Of a stretch of DNA of 32,000 nucleotides, positions 1 to 9,702 are shown in pieces. Under the pieces are notes generated by a model, which ran no database searches, was not told the origin of the DNA, and worked only from the letters and a program-made list of their open reading frames with translations. The position numbers and the translations under genes are program-made. Positions within the stretch are counted from its first letter, which is position 1. Each line of letters opens with the position of its first letter. The DNA comes from Pseudodesulfovibrio mercurii (GTDB lineage Bacteria > Desulfobacterota > Desulfovibrionia > Desulfovibrionales > Desulfovibrionaceae), in NCBI RefSeq assembly GCF_000189295.2, contig NC_016803.1, positions 1,320,001 through 1,352,000 of the forward strand, written 5' to 3'.

Positions 1-465
1 CTGCAGGACCTGCTCGGCCCCCCAGGCCAGGAAATGGCGGTCGCGCGCCTCGGGGTTCGCGGCCAGTTCGCCGGGCATGAGCGCCAGGGTCCGGTCCACG
101 TTGACCAGGACCTCGCGCTCGATCTGCCACAGGTAGTCGTCCAGGGCCTCGCGCAGGGACTCCAGCGCATCCGTGCGCGGCCCCTGCTCCAGCTTGACGG
201 CGGCCGCGTTGCGCAGCGCCCGGATGGAGTCCCGGATGCCCGACAACGCCCGCCGCGCCTCGGGATCGCCCACCAGCCGCATATGCAGCCCGAAGGACAT
301 GAGGTCGTAAAACCGCCCGGCCAGCTCCGCCAAAGGACCGGCGGCCGAAAGCAGGTCGTCACTCTTCCGGGCCTCGGCAAAGGACGCGTCGAGCCCGCCC
401 AGCCAGGACACGTCGGGCACGGTCAGCCACAGCCTGTTGCTCAAGAAACTCGCGATGCCGCACAT
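1..465 (-). CDS. Class-II (Ntn) glutamine amidotransferase-like protein, N-terminal part only; the gene runs off the left edge
   Basis: ATG at 465-463 is preceded by GGAGAGGGAG (470-479, minus strand). My own translation begins MCGIASFLSNRLWLTVPDVSWLGG. An MCGI N-terminus (Cys2 nucleophile) is typical of GlmS/AsnB/PurF-type amidotransferases. The frame stays open to position 1 and is absent from the ORF track because it is truncated. Confidence 0.45.
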   Translation of the reverse strand, partial: MCGIASFLSNRLWLTVPDVSWLGGLDASFAEARKSDDLLSAAGPLAELAGRFYDLMSFGLHMRLVGDPEARRALSGIRDSIRALRNAAAVKLEQGPRTDALESLREALDDYLWQIEREVLVNVDRTLALMPGELAANPEARDRHFLAWGAEQVLQ

Positions 466-497
466 GATGCTCCCTCTCCTTGTCGTCGCGGACGGCG

Positions 498-1901
498 CTA
501 GCGTTTGTACTTGTCCTCAAGGCGGACGATGTCGTCCTCGCCCAGATAACTGCCGGTCTGGACCTCGATGAGCTCCAGGAGGATCTTGCCCGGATTTTCA
601 AGCCGGTGGACGTTGCCCAGGGGGATGTAGGTGGATTCGTCCTCGCCGAGGAGGAACTCCTTGTCGCCGTTGACGATCTTGGCAGTTCCCTTGACCACCA
701 CCCAGTGCTCGGCCCGGTGGAAATGCTTTTGCAGGGACAGGACCTCGCCCGGTTTGACGATGATCCGCTTGACCTGGAAACGGTCGTCCGCCGAAATGGA
801 CTCGAAGCTGCCCCAGGGGCGGTAGACCACCTTGTGCGCCTCGGTCTCGGGGCGCTTGGCGGCCTTGAGGCGGCGGATGACCGACTTCATGTTGTCCAGC
901 TTGTCGTTGGCGGCCACGAAGACCGCGTCCTGGGTCTCCACCACGGTGGCGTTGTCGAGCCCCAGGGTGACCACCAGCCGCCCGGAGGAGCGCACGTAGC
1001 TGTTGTGCGTGTCCTCGGCGACCACGTCCCCGAGCAGGCTGTTGCCCGCCGCGTCGCGGGGGTGCATGTCGTGCAGGCTCTTCCAGGAGCCCAGGTCGCG
1101 CCAGGCCATGTCGATGGGCACCACCTCGATGGAATTGACCTTCTCCATGACCGCGTAGTCGATGGAGTCCGACGGGCAGCGCCCGAAATCCTCCTCGCCC
1201 AGCCGGATGAAGTCCAGATCCTTGTAGCTGTTGGCCACGGCCGTCCGGCAGCTGTCGAGGATGGCCGGGGCGTGCTCGGCCAGGGCGTCCAGGTAGCTCG
1301 ACGCCTTGAACAGAAAAATGCCGCTGTTCCAGAGGTACTGGCCCGAGGCCAAATATTCCTCGGCCGTCTCGCGCGCGGGTTTCTCCACGAAGCTGTCCAC
1401 GCCGAAGACGCCTTCGGACACGGCCCCGCCCTTGCGGATGTAGCCGTAGCCCGTGTGGGGGTGGTCCGGGACCACACCGAAGCAGACGAACCGGCCCTGT
1501 TCGGCGCGCTCGCAGCCCAGGGACACGGCCCGCCCGAAGGCCTCGGGGTCGGCGATGGAGTGGTCGGCGGGCATGACCAGCAGGACCGGATCGCCGCCGT
1601 GCTCCATGAGGGCGGCCACGGCCGCCGCCGGGGCGGTATTGCGGCCGAAGGGCTCCAGGACCATGCGCCCGGAGGTGCCGAGCTTGCGCAACTGTTCGGC
1701 CACCAGGAAGCGGTACTCGGTGTTGCAGACCACGATGGGTTCCACCGCCTCGGGCAGGGACGCGCAGCGCGCCACGGCGTCGGCAAAGAGCACGCGGCCC
1801 TCGGAGACCTCGATGAACTGTTTGGGGTACAGGGTCCGGGACAGGGGCCAGAGCCGGGTGCCCTCTCCGCCGCAAAGTATGACCGGTTGCAAAGACTTCA
1901 T
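498..1901 (-). CDS. manC: Mannose-1-phosphate guanylyltransferase / mannose-6-phosphate isomerase (bifunctional, cupin C-terminus)
   Basis: 467 aa. N-terminal nucleotidyltransferase motif ILCGGEGTRLWPLSR. C-terminal cupin region LQKHFHRAEHWVVVKGTA. Size and domain order match ManC/CpsB/XanB. Confidence 0.9.
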   Translation of the reverse strand: MKSLQPVILCGGEGTRLWPLSRTLYPKQFIEVSEGRVLFADAVARCASLPEAVEPIVVCNTEYRFLVAEQLRKLGTSGRMVLEPFGRNTAPAAAVAALMEHGGDPVLLVMPADHSIADPEAFGRAVSLGCERAEQGRFVCFGVVPDHPHTGYGYIRKGGAVSEGVFGVDSFVEKPARETAEEYLASGQYLWNSGIFLFKASSYLDALAEHAPAILDSCRTAVANSYKDLDFIRLGEEDFGRCPSDSIDYAVMEKVNSIEVVPIDMAWRDLGSWKSLHDMHPRDAAGNSLLGDVVAEDTHNSYVRSSGRLVVTLGLDNATVVETQDAVFVAANDKLDNMKSVIRRLKAAKRPETEAHKVVYRPWGSFESISADDRFQVKRIIVKPGEVLSLQKHFHRAEHWVVVKGTAKIVNGDKEFLLGEDESTYIPLGNVHRLENPGKILLELIEVQTGSYLGEDDIVRLEDKYKR

Positions 1902-1961
1902 GTTCTCTCCTCCACGTTATTGATGGAAAACCCGCGCTGAAGGTTGCGCGGCCCCGCGCGG

Positions 1962-3323
1962 CTAGTCCCCTCTGATGCCGTGACGCTTCATCAGGTCGTA
2001 GAGCGTCGGGCGGCTCACGCCCAGGGCGCCCGCCGCCTTGGCCACGTTGCCGGCGTGGCGGTTCAGGGCGGACTCGACCATGTCCCGTTCCAGCAGGGAG
2101 CGGGCCTCCTTGAGGGAGATGTCGTCGGACCGCTGCCGGGCCCGCACGGCCTCGTCCGGGCTCAACCCCAGGTCCTCGGGGGTGATCTCCGGGCCGTTGG
2201 CCATGATGACCGCCCGCTTGACGCGGTTTTCCAGCTCCCGGATGTTGCCGGGCCATTCGTAGCCCCGGATGCTGTCCATGGCTGCCCGGCTGAAGTTCTT
2301 GATGTCCTTGCGCGGGCCGATGTTGACGCTCTTGTTGAAATAGTTGGCCAGAAGCTCGATGTCGTCGCCGCGCTCCCGCAGGGGCGGCAGGGCGATGTTC
2401 ATGACCCCGATGCGGTAGAACAGGTCTTCGCGCAGGGTCCCGTTGGCCATGGCCTCGTTGATGTCGATGTTGGTGGCCGTGATGATGCGCACGTCCACGC
2501 CGATGTCCTTGCGCCCGCCCACACGGGTGATGACCATCTCCTGGAGGAAGCGGAGGAGCTTGACCTGCAACGACATGGGCATCTCGCCCACCTCGTCCAG
2601 GAAGAGCGTGCCCTTGTCCGCGTACTCAACCTTGCCCTTGACCGTCTTGTTGGCACCGGTGAAGGCGCCCTTCTCGTGGCCGAACAGCTCGGATTCGAGC
2701 AGGTTTTCCGGGATGGCCCCGCAGTTGATGCAGACCATTTCCTTGTCCGCGCGCAGGCTCTTCCGATGGATGGCCCTGGCCACCAGCTCCTTGCCGGTGC
2801 CGGATTCGCCGGTGATCAGCACCGGCACGTCCGAGGCGGCCACGCGTTCGATCTGGGTGAAGACCTGGCGGATGCCGGAGCACTCGCCGACGATGCCCAT
2901 CTCGTTGACCGACTGCTGGCGCAGATTGCGGTTCTCGGCCTCCAGGGTCTGGAGATACATGGCCCGTTCCACGATGACCTTCAGTTCGTTCAGGTCGATG
3001 GGCTTCTTGTAGTAGTCGTAGGCCCCGAGCTGCACGGCCTTGAGAGCCGCGTCGTGCTCCTCGTTGCCGGTGATGACGATGACCTTGGCCAGGGGGTTGA
3101 GGCGCAGTATCTCGCCCAGGACCCGCAAGCCCTCCTCCACGCCGTTCTCGAAGGGCGGCAGTCCCAGGTCCAGGGTGACCACCGGAGGCCGGTGCTTTTC
3201 AAACAGTGCGAGCCCTTCCGCGCCGTCGCAGCCAAAGAGCAGTTCATAGTTGGACCGCGACAGCCCCCACTTGAGTTGTCGGCGAACTTCTTCGTTGTCG
3301 TCTATGATGAGTAGTTTCTGCAT
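1962..3323 (-). CDS. prsR: Sigma-54-dependent response regulator, PrsR-like (PEP-CTERM-box regulator)
   Basis: Receiver domain ([10 protein letters not shown] ... [10 protein letters not shown]). AAA+ domain with GESGTGKE and the GAFTGA loop (EKGAFTGA). C-terminal Fis-type HTH ([18 protein letters not shown]). It lies directly downstream of the PrsK-like kinase. Start is ATG 3323, or GTG 3329 as in the ORF track. Confidence 0.85.
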   Translation of the reverse strand: MQKLLIIDDNEEVRRQLKWGLSRSNYELLFGCDGAEGLALFEKHRPPVVTLDLGLPPFENGVEEGLRVLGEILRLNPLAKVIVITGNEEHDAALKAVQLGAYDYYKKPIDLNELKVIVERAMYLQTLEAENRNLRQQSVNEMGIVGECSGIRQVFTQIERVAASDVPVLITGESGTGKELVARAIHRKSLRADKEMVCINCGAIPENLLESELFGHEKGAFTGANKTVKGKVEYADKGTLFLDEVGEMPMSLQVKLLRFLQEMVITRVGGRKDIGVDVRIITATNIDINEAMANGTLREDLFYRIGVMNIALPPLRERGDDIELLANYFNKSVNIGPRKDIKNFSRAAMDSIRGYEWPGNIRELENRVKRAVIMANGPEITPEDLGLSPDEAVRARQRSDDISLKEARSLLERDMVESALNRHAGNVAKAAGALGVSRPTLYDLMKRHGIRGD

Positions 3324-3347
3324 ACGCACATGGTGGCTGATCGCCGC

Positions 3348-5408
3348 TTAGACGTTATGCCCTGAAGGATCGGGCAGCACGACGCTGAACACGGCCCCGC
3401 CGGCATCGCCGGCCGTGGCATAGAGGCCCCCGCCATGGGCCTCGACGATTCGCTTGCTCTGGTACAGGCCGATGCCCATACCCTTCTTCTTGGTGGTCTT
3501 GAACGGCACGAACAACCCTTCCCGGAGGATTTCCTCGTCGATGCCGCGGCCGTTGTCGATGACCCGGAACACCGGGCCGTTGTCGTATTCCACCAGGACG
3601 GTGAACCGGTTGCTCTCCCCGGCCTCAAGGGCGTTCAGGAAGAGATTGAGGGCGACCTTGCGCATCTGCTCCACGTCCACGCGGGCCCGGACCCCGCCGC
3701 CCTTGAACTCTATCTCGGCGTCGGGCACCTGCCGGGCCGCATCCCTGGCCAGGTCCATGAGGTCGATCTCCTCCAGCTTGAGGGAGTCGTTCTTGGGGAT
3801 ATTGGTCAGTTGCGCGATAAGCTCGTTCATGCGGGTGACGATGTTACCCAGTGAATCGAGCATATCCTCCTGAAATTCCTTGTCGTTGATGAACTCACGC
3901 GCGTTCTCCGCCAGCAGGGAGAGGGGATAGACCTGGTTCTTGAGGTCATGCAGGACAAAGGCGGCCACCTTGCCGAACCCCTCCATGTCGCGGGCCTCGG
4001 CCAGTTCGTCGCCCAACCGGATGTTCATGACCAGGGCGGCCACCTGCCCGGCCACGGTCTCCATCAGCTCCCGATCCTCCACATCGTAGTGTTCCAGGGG
4101 ATTGATGGGCGACCCGAGCATGAGCAGACCGTGCAGGACGTCATCCGTCATGATCGGCAGGATGAAGCGGATCTTCCGGTCCTTGAGAAAGGTGTCCACA
4201 TCCTCCTCGAACTCCAGGGGCTCCGACTTGAGGTCCAGCAACCCCCGTTCCCGGCCCAGCCGCTCCACCAGGGCGGACTTGTGCGGCAGGACCAGCTTGG
4301 AATCGTCCATCTCGTGGAACAGGACCGGGGAATAATCCTTGCTGTGGCGGCCTTGCAGGAACATGGCCCCGCCGCCGATGCCGAAGATCTCGCAATAGAA
4401 GATCAGGATGTTGCGGTACAGTTCATCGCGGCTGCCCGAGTTGACCACACGGCTGGTGAACTTCTTCCACTCGTCGCGGTAATCGTACTTGTCGCCGTAG
4501 AAATTGCGCTGGATGAACAGCCTGATCTTCCGCCGGATGCCCTCGGACAGCATGCAGGCGATCAGGGCCAGGCCGCCCAGGAAGGCCACGGTCATGAAGG
4601 CCACGGTGCTGAAATCGCTGCCGAAGAGCTTGATGCCCTCGCCGATGACCCCCACGCCCAGCAGGAACAGGGCGAAGAACAGGAAGACGAAGGAGCGGAA
4701 GGCCAGCTGGCGGGAGATGACGATGCGCTCGTCGCTGCCCCGGCTCAATTCGGAATACATTATCAGGAGCAAGCCGATGCCGGTGCCCCAGGCGCGCTGG
4801 AGCAGGTAGTCCATGTCCAGGGAGCGCAGCATCAGGCTCTGGCTGAAGTAAAGCATGTAGGTGGCGATGACCGCCCCGGCCCCGAGGATGGCGAACTTGA
4901 TCTTCCACTTGATGCCGTGGCGCGCGCTGGTCACCGTCATTTCGAGGTTGAACAGGCTGACGGCCATGAACAGCAGGATCTGGAGGTAGAAGAAGAAGGC
5001 CACGGGCTCCAGGAACAGGACGCGGTCCATCTCGAAGTCCGGGGAATAGAAGAACTGGGAGCCCGGGAAGACGACGGTCATGACCAGGGGGATGAAGGAG
5101 AAGGTCAGCACGACCTTCTGCATGACCGGCATGCGCTTCAGCGAAAACTCGCGGTTGTAGGCCTGGCTGAAGACCAGAAGCACGGGGCATAGGGCCGCCT
5201 CGAGCCACAGGGCCGGACGCTTGTAGGTCAGGAAGGTCGTGGCGTGCTCCATGGACAGCAGGTCCAGGAGGTTCAGTGCGGCCAGAACCCACAGGGTCGC
5301 GGCCAGGGACAGCCGTGAAAAGGATATCCCGTTGTGGACCATGGTGTACACCGGGTACAGGACCAGAATGGCCGCCACCAGGATTTGGGTCACCATCATC
5401 GACGTCAT
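3348..5408 (-). CDS. prsK: Multi-pass membrane sensor histidine kinase, PrsK-like (PEP-CTERM system)
   Basis: 686 aa. Long polytopic hydrophobic N-terminal half. H-box FVLHDLKNQV. N/G boxes NLFLNALEAG, IDNGRGI and GMGIGL. It sits 3 nt downstream of epsI and 18 nt upstream of prsR. Confidence 0.8.
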   Translation of the reverse strand: MTSMMVTQILVAAILVLYPVYTMVHNGISFSRLSLAATLWVLAALNLLDLLSMEHATTFLTYKRPALWLEAALCPVLLVFSQAYNREFSLKRMPVMQKVVLTFSFIPLVMTVVFPGSQFFYSPDFEMDRVLFLEPVAFFFYLQILLFMAVSLFNLEMTVTSARHGIKWKIKFAILGAGAVIATYMLYFSQSLMLRSLDMDYLLQRAWGTGIGLLLIMYSELSRGSDERIVISRQLAFRSFVFLFFALFLLGVGVIGEGIKLFGSDFSTVAFMTVAFLGGLALIACMLSEGIRRKIRLFIQRNFYGDKYDYRDEWKKFTSRVVNSGSRDELYRNILIFYCEIFGIGGGAMFLQGRHSKDYSPVLFHEMDDSKLVLPHKSALVERLGRERGLLDLKSEPLEFEEDVDTFLKDRKIRFILPIMTDDVLHGLLMLGSPINPLEHYDVEDRELMETVAGQVAALVMNIRLGDELAEARDMEGFGKVAAFVLHDLKNQVYPLSLLAENAREFINDKEFQEDMLDSLGNIVTRMNELIAQLTNIPKNDSLKLEEIDLMDLARDAARQVPDAEIEFKGGGVRARVDVEQMRKVALNLFLNALEAGESNRFTVLVEYDNGPVFRVIDNGRGIDEEILREGLFVPFKTTKKKGMGIGLYQSKRIVEAHGGGLYATAGDAGGAVFSVVLPDPSGHNV

Positions 5409-5411
5409 CGT

Positions 5412-6053
5412 CTATCTCCGTCCCGCCGGGGCTGGCAGGAATGCCTCGATCTCCGGATAGGCGGTCTCGGCAAAGTCGTGCAGGGCCCGCTCGGCCACCC
5501 CGTCCTCGTCGGATATTTCGGTGGACAGGCGGATAAAGGCGCTGTCCCGCCTGCGGCTGGTCATGGACCCCATGATCTCGCCCAGCTTGAGGGCGTACTC
5601 ATTGGTCACGACCTTGCCGCAGACCTGGAACCAATAGAGCATGGTCACGGTCTTGTCGTCCTTGTCGTAGGCCGCCAGGACCGCCTTCATCCGTCGGCCG
5701 TCCAGGGCCACGGGAACGGTCTTGTCCACCCGCTTCAGCCAGCCGCCGCCGGGCAGGCAGTTGCGCGGGGAATGGATGGGACCGGCGTCCGGCCCGCCGT
5801 CGTGGTAGCCGAGGTACAGCTCGACCTCCCGGCCCTGGTCGTCCCGGTACAGCCTGGACACGTAGCCCGTGGCCTTGAGGGTTTCGAGAACGGCCGAACC
5901 GAAACGCCATTCGTGGATCATCTGCCACCGCCCGACCGTGGTCGGGAATTCGTCCAGGGACCGGGACAGGGGCACGGCCAGGTCATTGTGGAAATTGATG
6001 AACGCCCCGGCGCACAGGACGAGCACGCAAATGATGATAATCCTAAGCTTCAC
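5412..6053 (-). CDS. epsI: EpsI-family exosortase-associated protein
   Basis: 213 aa with a single N-terminal TM/signal segment (MKLRIIIICVLVLCAGAF). Its start overlaps the exosortase stop by 11 nt, which is the usual position for EpsI. The family call rests on position and general resemblance. Confidence 0.65.
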   Translation of the reverse strand: MKLRIIIICVLVLCAGAFINFHNDLAVPLSRSLDEFPTTVGRWQMIHEWRFGSAVLETLKATGYVSRLYRDDQGREVELYLGYHDGGPDAGPIHSPRNCLPGGGWLKRVDKTVPVALDGRRMKAVLAAYDKDDKTVTMLYWFQVCGKVVTNEYALKLGEIMGSMTSRRRDSAFIRLSTEISDEDGVAERALHDFAETAYPEIEAFLPAPAGRR

Positions 6054-6894
6054 GGCGTTTCTCCCAGAGCTTGAGCAGGAAGCACGTCCCGCCCAGAAAA
6101 ACCATGGCCATGGCGAAAACGGCCAACCCGGCGAATTCGTGGAAAAAGCCTTCAGCCGCGGCCCGTCCGAAATGACGCGCGAGCACGCCGGTGGCCACGA
6201 CCCGAAGGATATTGGTCAGGACCGCGAAGGGGATGGACGACAGCACGAGCAGCCAGCGGGTCCAGGGGGATTTGAGCATCAGGAAGGCCAGGGTCACGGC
6301 CAGGGCGATGAGGGACACCAGGGAGCGCAGGCCGCTGCACGCGTCGGCCACCTCGAGGACGATGTTGGGGAAGGCGATGATGTTGCCCTCCCGCCACACG
6401 GCGTAGCCCATGGTCTTGAGCGTGCCCACGGACACCTTGGCCACGAACAGCTTGAGCGGAAAGGCCATGGCGTCGTAGATGATGTAGGGCAGCGGCACCA
6501 TGAGGATCAGGTAGGCCAGAGGCAGCCGGAGCCGCTTGAAGACCCCGGTCCCGAAGAGATAGAGGACGCATCCGGCCAGGACCACGATCAGCGACAGGCG
6601 CATGTTGAAGAGTTCCGTGCCCAGCCAGGCGAAGACCAGCTGCGCCAGCCCCAGGAGAATGACCGGAATCCCCCAGTTGGAGGGTTTGACCACGGTCTCC
6701 TTGAGAAGGTCCCAGTCCCGCCAGACAAACCAGCCGGCAATGAACGGAATGAGAAATCCGTGGGAATAGTTGTCGTCCAGGTACCAGTTGGCGACCATCC
6801 GCTGGATGATTGCCCAATAGGCCGCCCCCAGAACCAGCGGCACGGCCAGCAGCCACCATTTGTACCTGTCCAATGTCTCCCGTAGCGTCATCAT
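6043..6894 (-). CDS. xrtA: Exosortase (EpsH/Xrt family, probably XrtA type given the PrsK/PrsR/PrsT/EpsI context)
   Basis: 283 aa polytopic membrane protein. Candidate catalytic Cys in EVADACSGLRS, conserved Arg in NILRVV, His in FFHEFAG. I placed the start at ATGATG 6894 with GAGGG upstream. The ORF-track extension to 7008 has no signal features. Confidence 0.8.
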   Translation of the reverse strand: MMTLRETLDRYKWWLLAVPLVLGAAYWAIIQRMVANWYLDDNYSHGFLIPFIAGWFVWRDWDLLKETVVKPSNWGIPVILLGLAQLVFAWLGTELFNMRLSLIVVLAGCVLYLFGTGVFKRLRLPLAYLILMVPLPYIIYDAMAFPLKLFVAKVSVGTLKTMGYAVWREGNIIAFPNIVLEVADACSGLRSLVSLIALAVTLAFLMLKSPWTRWLLVLSSIPFAVLTNILRVVATGVLARHFGRAAAEGFFHEFAGLAVFAMAMVFLGGTCFLLKLWEKRREA

Positions 6895-7163
6895 GCCCTC
6901 GTCATCCGATCTTCCGGCCCAAGCCGATTTTTCACACAAAAAAAGTGTCGATCTCCTGCGTAATTCAACTGATCGGCACTTGCTCGCCACCGACCCCCAG
7001 CTTGCCATTCGGGATTTCGGCTCCGGCCTGTGGCCGGCTTGGCGGGCATGCGCCCTGCCGCAAATCTATTGCAAACGTGTGGTCAATCCGTGTCTCCGGA
7101 ATCCCTGTGGCCGGGATCGGGCTCGTCTGTCTTATGCGTCCGCCTTCGTCACCTCCCCCTCTC

Positions 7164-8405
7164 CTAGTACACCCACGACAGGGATGCTCCCAGGGTGTTG
7201 GATACGTAGTCGCTCGAAGCCCGTTCCGCATCATTCAACTTGAGTCGGTAATTGAGGCTGCAGCTGAAGTCTTCCGAGAGTGCGTAACGAAGGCTGGTCA
7301 ACAGGAACAAGTACTTGTCGCAGTCCGGATTGGTATCCAGATCCACGTAGACGTTGTAGTCGAGTCCCAGCCTTTCCGTGAGTTCATGCGCTCCTTTGAT
7401 GCTTGGCCGCCAGTAGGTCGTCCTGCTGGACGAGCTCTCCGATTGATAATCCCTGTATTCCAGCTTGGCGCCGATATGGCCCCGTTCGTACATGTGATCC
7501 AATCCGATCCCGTGCTCGAACCGATTCTTGGTCAGGGACGAGGTCGGATCCTCGGCAAAATTCATTCTGGTGTAGGCAGTGCATGTCCATGTGTCGGTGA
7601 TGGCGTGGGTGATGCTCAACGAATACGGGACATACTGCTTATCCGTGGACCGCTCCTCGGCATAATCCGTGTACGTCGGCGTGATGCTCGCCTGCACGAA
7701 GGAATTCTCCGCGTACGTGTACATGGCGCCGATGGTGGTGCTGTATCGGTCAAACCCGCCATCCTCCCCACCCTTGGGCACCTGTTTGTCGTACCCGGCG
7801 CCGAACTGAAGGGAGAGTCTGTCGCTCATTTCGTGGTCCACGTTGGCGAAGAGCGAATAGACCCGCTTGTCCACGTTGCCCTCTTCCGAGTACCAGATAT
7901 CCTTGAACTGCGCGCCCGTGCTCAGCGTGGTCCGCTCCTGCAGGGGGAAGCTGAAATACGGTTTGACGCCGAACTCGTTCTGGTCCGTGGTCCCGTTGCT
8001 GGTGTCGCCGTCCGGCACATCGCCCTTGTTCACGTCCTCGTAGACTTTCCGGAAGCTGTCCGTGACGTCGACGTAGAAGAAGTCCTTGATGGCCTCCACG
8101 GCCAGTTTCGAGTCCAGATAGTTGTTGAACTCGTCCGACATCACCTGGTTGAGGTAGCGCTTGTGTTCGAAATCGTAGGACACGTCCATGAGCACCCGAC
8201 TGTGGGCGTACGTCATGCTCAGGCCGGGCTTGACGATGGCCACCCAGTCGCCCTGGCCGCCGTCGGTCTGCTCCACGTTGTCGTTGTACTCCCCCGTTAC
8301 CCTGATCCGAGGATGAAAGGTCAGGTCCGCAGCCGACGCCACCGGGCACAGACACGCGAGGAGCAGTGCGGTCGCAAGCAGTTTCGGGAGGAGTGATGCC
8401 ATCAT
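7164..8405 (-). CDS. Outer-membrane beta-barrel protein, PEP-CTERM-locus associated
   Basis: Signal peptide MMASLLPKLLATALLLACLCPVASA. Alternating amphipathic Tyr/Asp/Thr-rich strands. C-terminal aromatic residue (LSWVY), typical of BAM-assembled barrels. Confidence 0.6.
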   Translation of the reverse strand: MMASLLPKLLATALLLACLCPVASAADLTFHPRIRVTGEYNDNVEQTDGGQGDWVAIVKPGLSMTYAHSRVLMDVSYDFEHKRYLNQVMSDEFNNYLDSKLAVEAIKDFFYVDVTDSFRKVYEDVNKGDVPDGDTSNGTTDQNEFGVKPYFSFPLQERTTLSTGAQFKDIWYSEEGNVDKRVYSLFANVDHEMSDRLSLQFGAGYDKQVPKGGEDGGFDRYSTTIGAMYTYAENSFVQASITPTYTDYAEERSTDKQYVPYSLSITHAITDTWTCTAYTRMNFAEDPTSSLTKNRFEHGIGLDHMYERGHIGAKLEYRDYQSESSSSRTTYWRPSIKGAHELTERLGLDYNVYVDLDTNPDCDKYLFLLTSLRYALSEDFSCSLNYRLKLNDAERASSDYVSNTLGASLSWVY

Positions 8406-8512
8406 GGGTTCCAAAAAAATCAATGCGGTTTTTGTCCGAAAGATGGAAAAGCGCTTCAGATATACTCTGCTTTACTTTCAACATCAAATATTTGCAAGTG
8501 TCCGGAGCCATA

Positions 8513-9682
8513 TTATTCCCCCCCGAACAACAATCTGTAGGCCCAGCTCCGCTTGCGGGGCTGCTCGGGCTCCTTGGCGGGCCGCGCCAGGGTCTCCATG
8601 CGGGTGAGCATGGCCCGGTTCTGCACGGAGAGCCGCAACCCTTCCAGCTGCTGCCGTTGCAGGGCGACCTGCTTCTCCAGTTCCTCGATGCGATCCAGGA
8701 GGCCGACCATGCTCGCGGGCTGATTGCTGTTTTCCTGGCGCTCGAGGTAATCCATCCGGTCCTCGAGGGTACGGATGGCGCGCAGGACCTTCTGGGCCTG
8801 GCCGGGCACGCCCCGGCCGCGGCTCTGGACCATGCCGGAGACGGGCCGCTGGTTCTTCTTTTCCGGCCAGTATTGCCGCTCGAAATCCAGTTCCTCAAGA
8901 ATCTCGGTCACATCCTGTTCACCGACCTCGCGCCGTTCGGCGGCAAAGGCGTCGATGAGCAGATAGTCGCAGAGGATGTTGATGAGCCGGGGGACCCCGC
9001 GGGTCTGCTCGGCGATCAGGGCAAAGGCCTCGTCGGAAAAATTGACGGCTTCCCGGTTGCCCGCGCACTCCATCCTATAAAGGATGTAGTCCCGGACCTC
9101 GTCGGGCTTGAGCGGCGACAGGTGGCAACCGATCTGGATGCGCTGGCGGAGCTGCAACAGGGTATGGCTGTTCAGGGTCTCCTTGAGTTCGGGCTGACCC
9201 GCGAGGATGATCTGCAGGAGCTTGCCGCCGTCCGTCTCCAGGTTGGAGAGCATGCGCACCTCCTCCAGGAGTTCGGCGGACAGGTTCTGGGCCTCGTCGA
9301 TGATCAGGACGCAGCGCTTGCCCAGGGCGTACTGGTCGATGAGGAACTCGTTCAGCTCCCGCACCAGGGCGGCCTTGGTCCGGCCCTCGGTCTCCAGGCC
9401 GAAATCGTCGTTGATCATGGTCAGCAGCTGATGGGAATCCACCTTGGTATTGGTCACCTTGGACAGGATGACCTTGTCCAGATGGTCCTTTATCAGCAGC
9501 CGGATCAGCGTGGTCTTGCCCGCGCCGACGTCGCCGGTGAGCAGGATGAACCCCGCCCGCTCCTCGATGCCGTACCGCAGGTACGACAACGCCTTGCCGT
9601 GGGTCCGGCTCATGTAGAGCAGGTCCGGGTTGGGCAGGAGATCGAACGGCTTGGAGCCGAAATTGAAGAATTTCTCGTACAT
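8513..9682 (-). CDS. ExeA-like AAA ATPase, PEP-CTERM/exosortase-locus associated, with C-terminal coiled coil
   Basis: Walker A LTGDVGAGKTTL and Walker B VLIIDEAQNL. Start moved to ATG 9682 (MYEKFFNFGSKPF), 20 nt after the upstream stop. The ORF-track N-terminal extension overlaps the BY-kinase gene in another frame. Confidence 0.8.
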   Translation of the reverse strand: MYEKFFNFGSKPFDLLPNPDLLYMSRTHGKALSYLRYGIEERAGFILLTGDVGAGKTTLIRLLIKDHLDKVILSKVTNTKVDSHQLLTMINDDFGLETEGRTKAALVRELNEFLIDQYALGKRCVLIIDEAQNLSAELLEEVRMLSNLETDGGKLLQIILAGQPELKETLNSHTLLQLRQRIQIGCHLSPLKPDEVRDYILYRMECAGNREAVNFSDEAFALIAEQTRGVPRLINILCDYLLIDAFAAERREVGEQDVTEILEELDFERQYWPEKKNQRPVSGMVQSRGRGVPGQAQKVLRAIRTLEDRMDYLERQENSNQPASMVGLLDRIEELEKQVALQRQQLEGLRLSVQNRAMLTRMETLARPAKEPEQPRKRSWAYRLLFGGE

Positions 9683-9702
9683 TACGATCCGGCCATGCCC
9701 GC

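Noticed and set aside
480-1940. Long plus-strand ORF (486 aa) opposite manC. Similar mirror ORFs lie at 1944-3314(+), 3948-5192(+), 9715-12063(+), 13126-14289(+), 14464-17004(+), 17585-18796(-), 21363-22358(-), 23834-25930(+) and 27648-29162(+).
   Set aside because: All lie antisense to genes with clear domain motifs. They translate to low-complexity Gly/Arg/Ala/Pro/Val-rich sequence with no recognisable motifs, and they lack an RBS. These are typical shadow ORFs of GC-rich DNA.
7070-7085. Minus-strand TGACCA-CACGT-TTGCA upstream of the exosortase gene, a sigma-54-like promoter.
   Set aside because: The nearly invariant -24 GG is GA here. Only the -12 half matches, so I do not call it.
8494-8510. 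Minus-strand TGGCTC-N7-TTGC upstream of the OMP gene.
   Set aside because: The spacer is 7 nt rather than 5, and sigma-54 promoters tolerate almost no spacing change.
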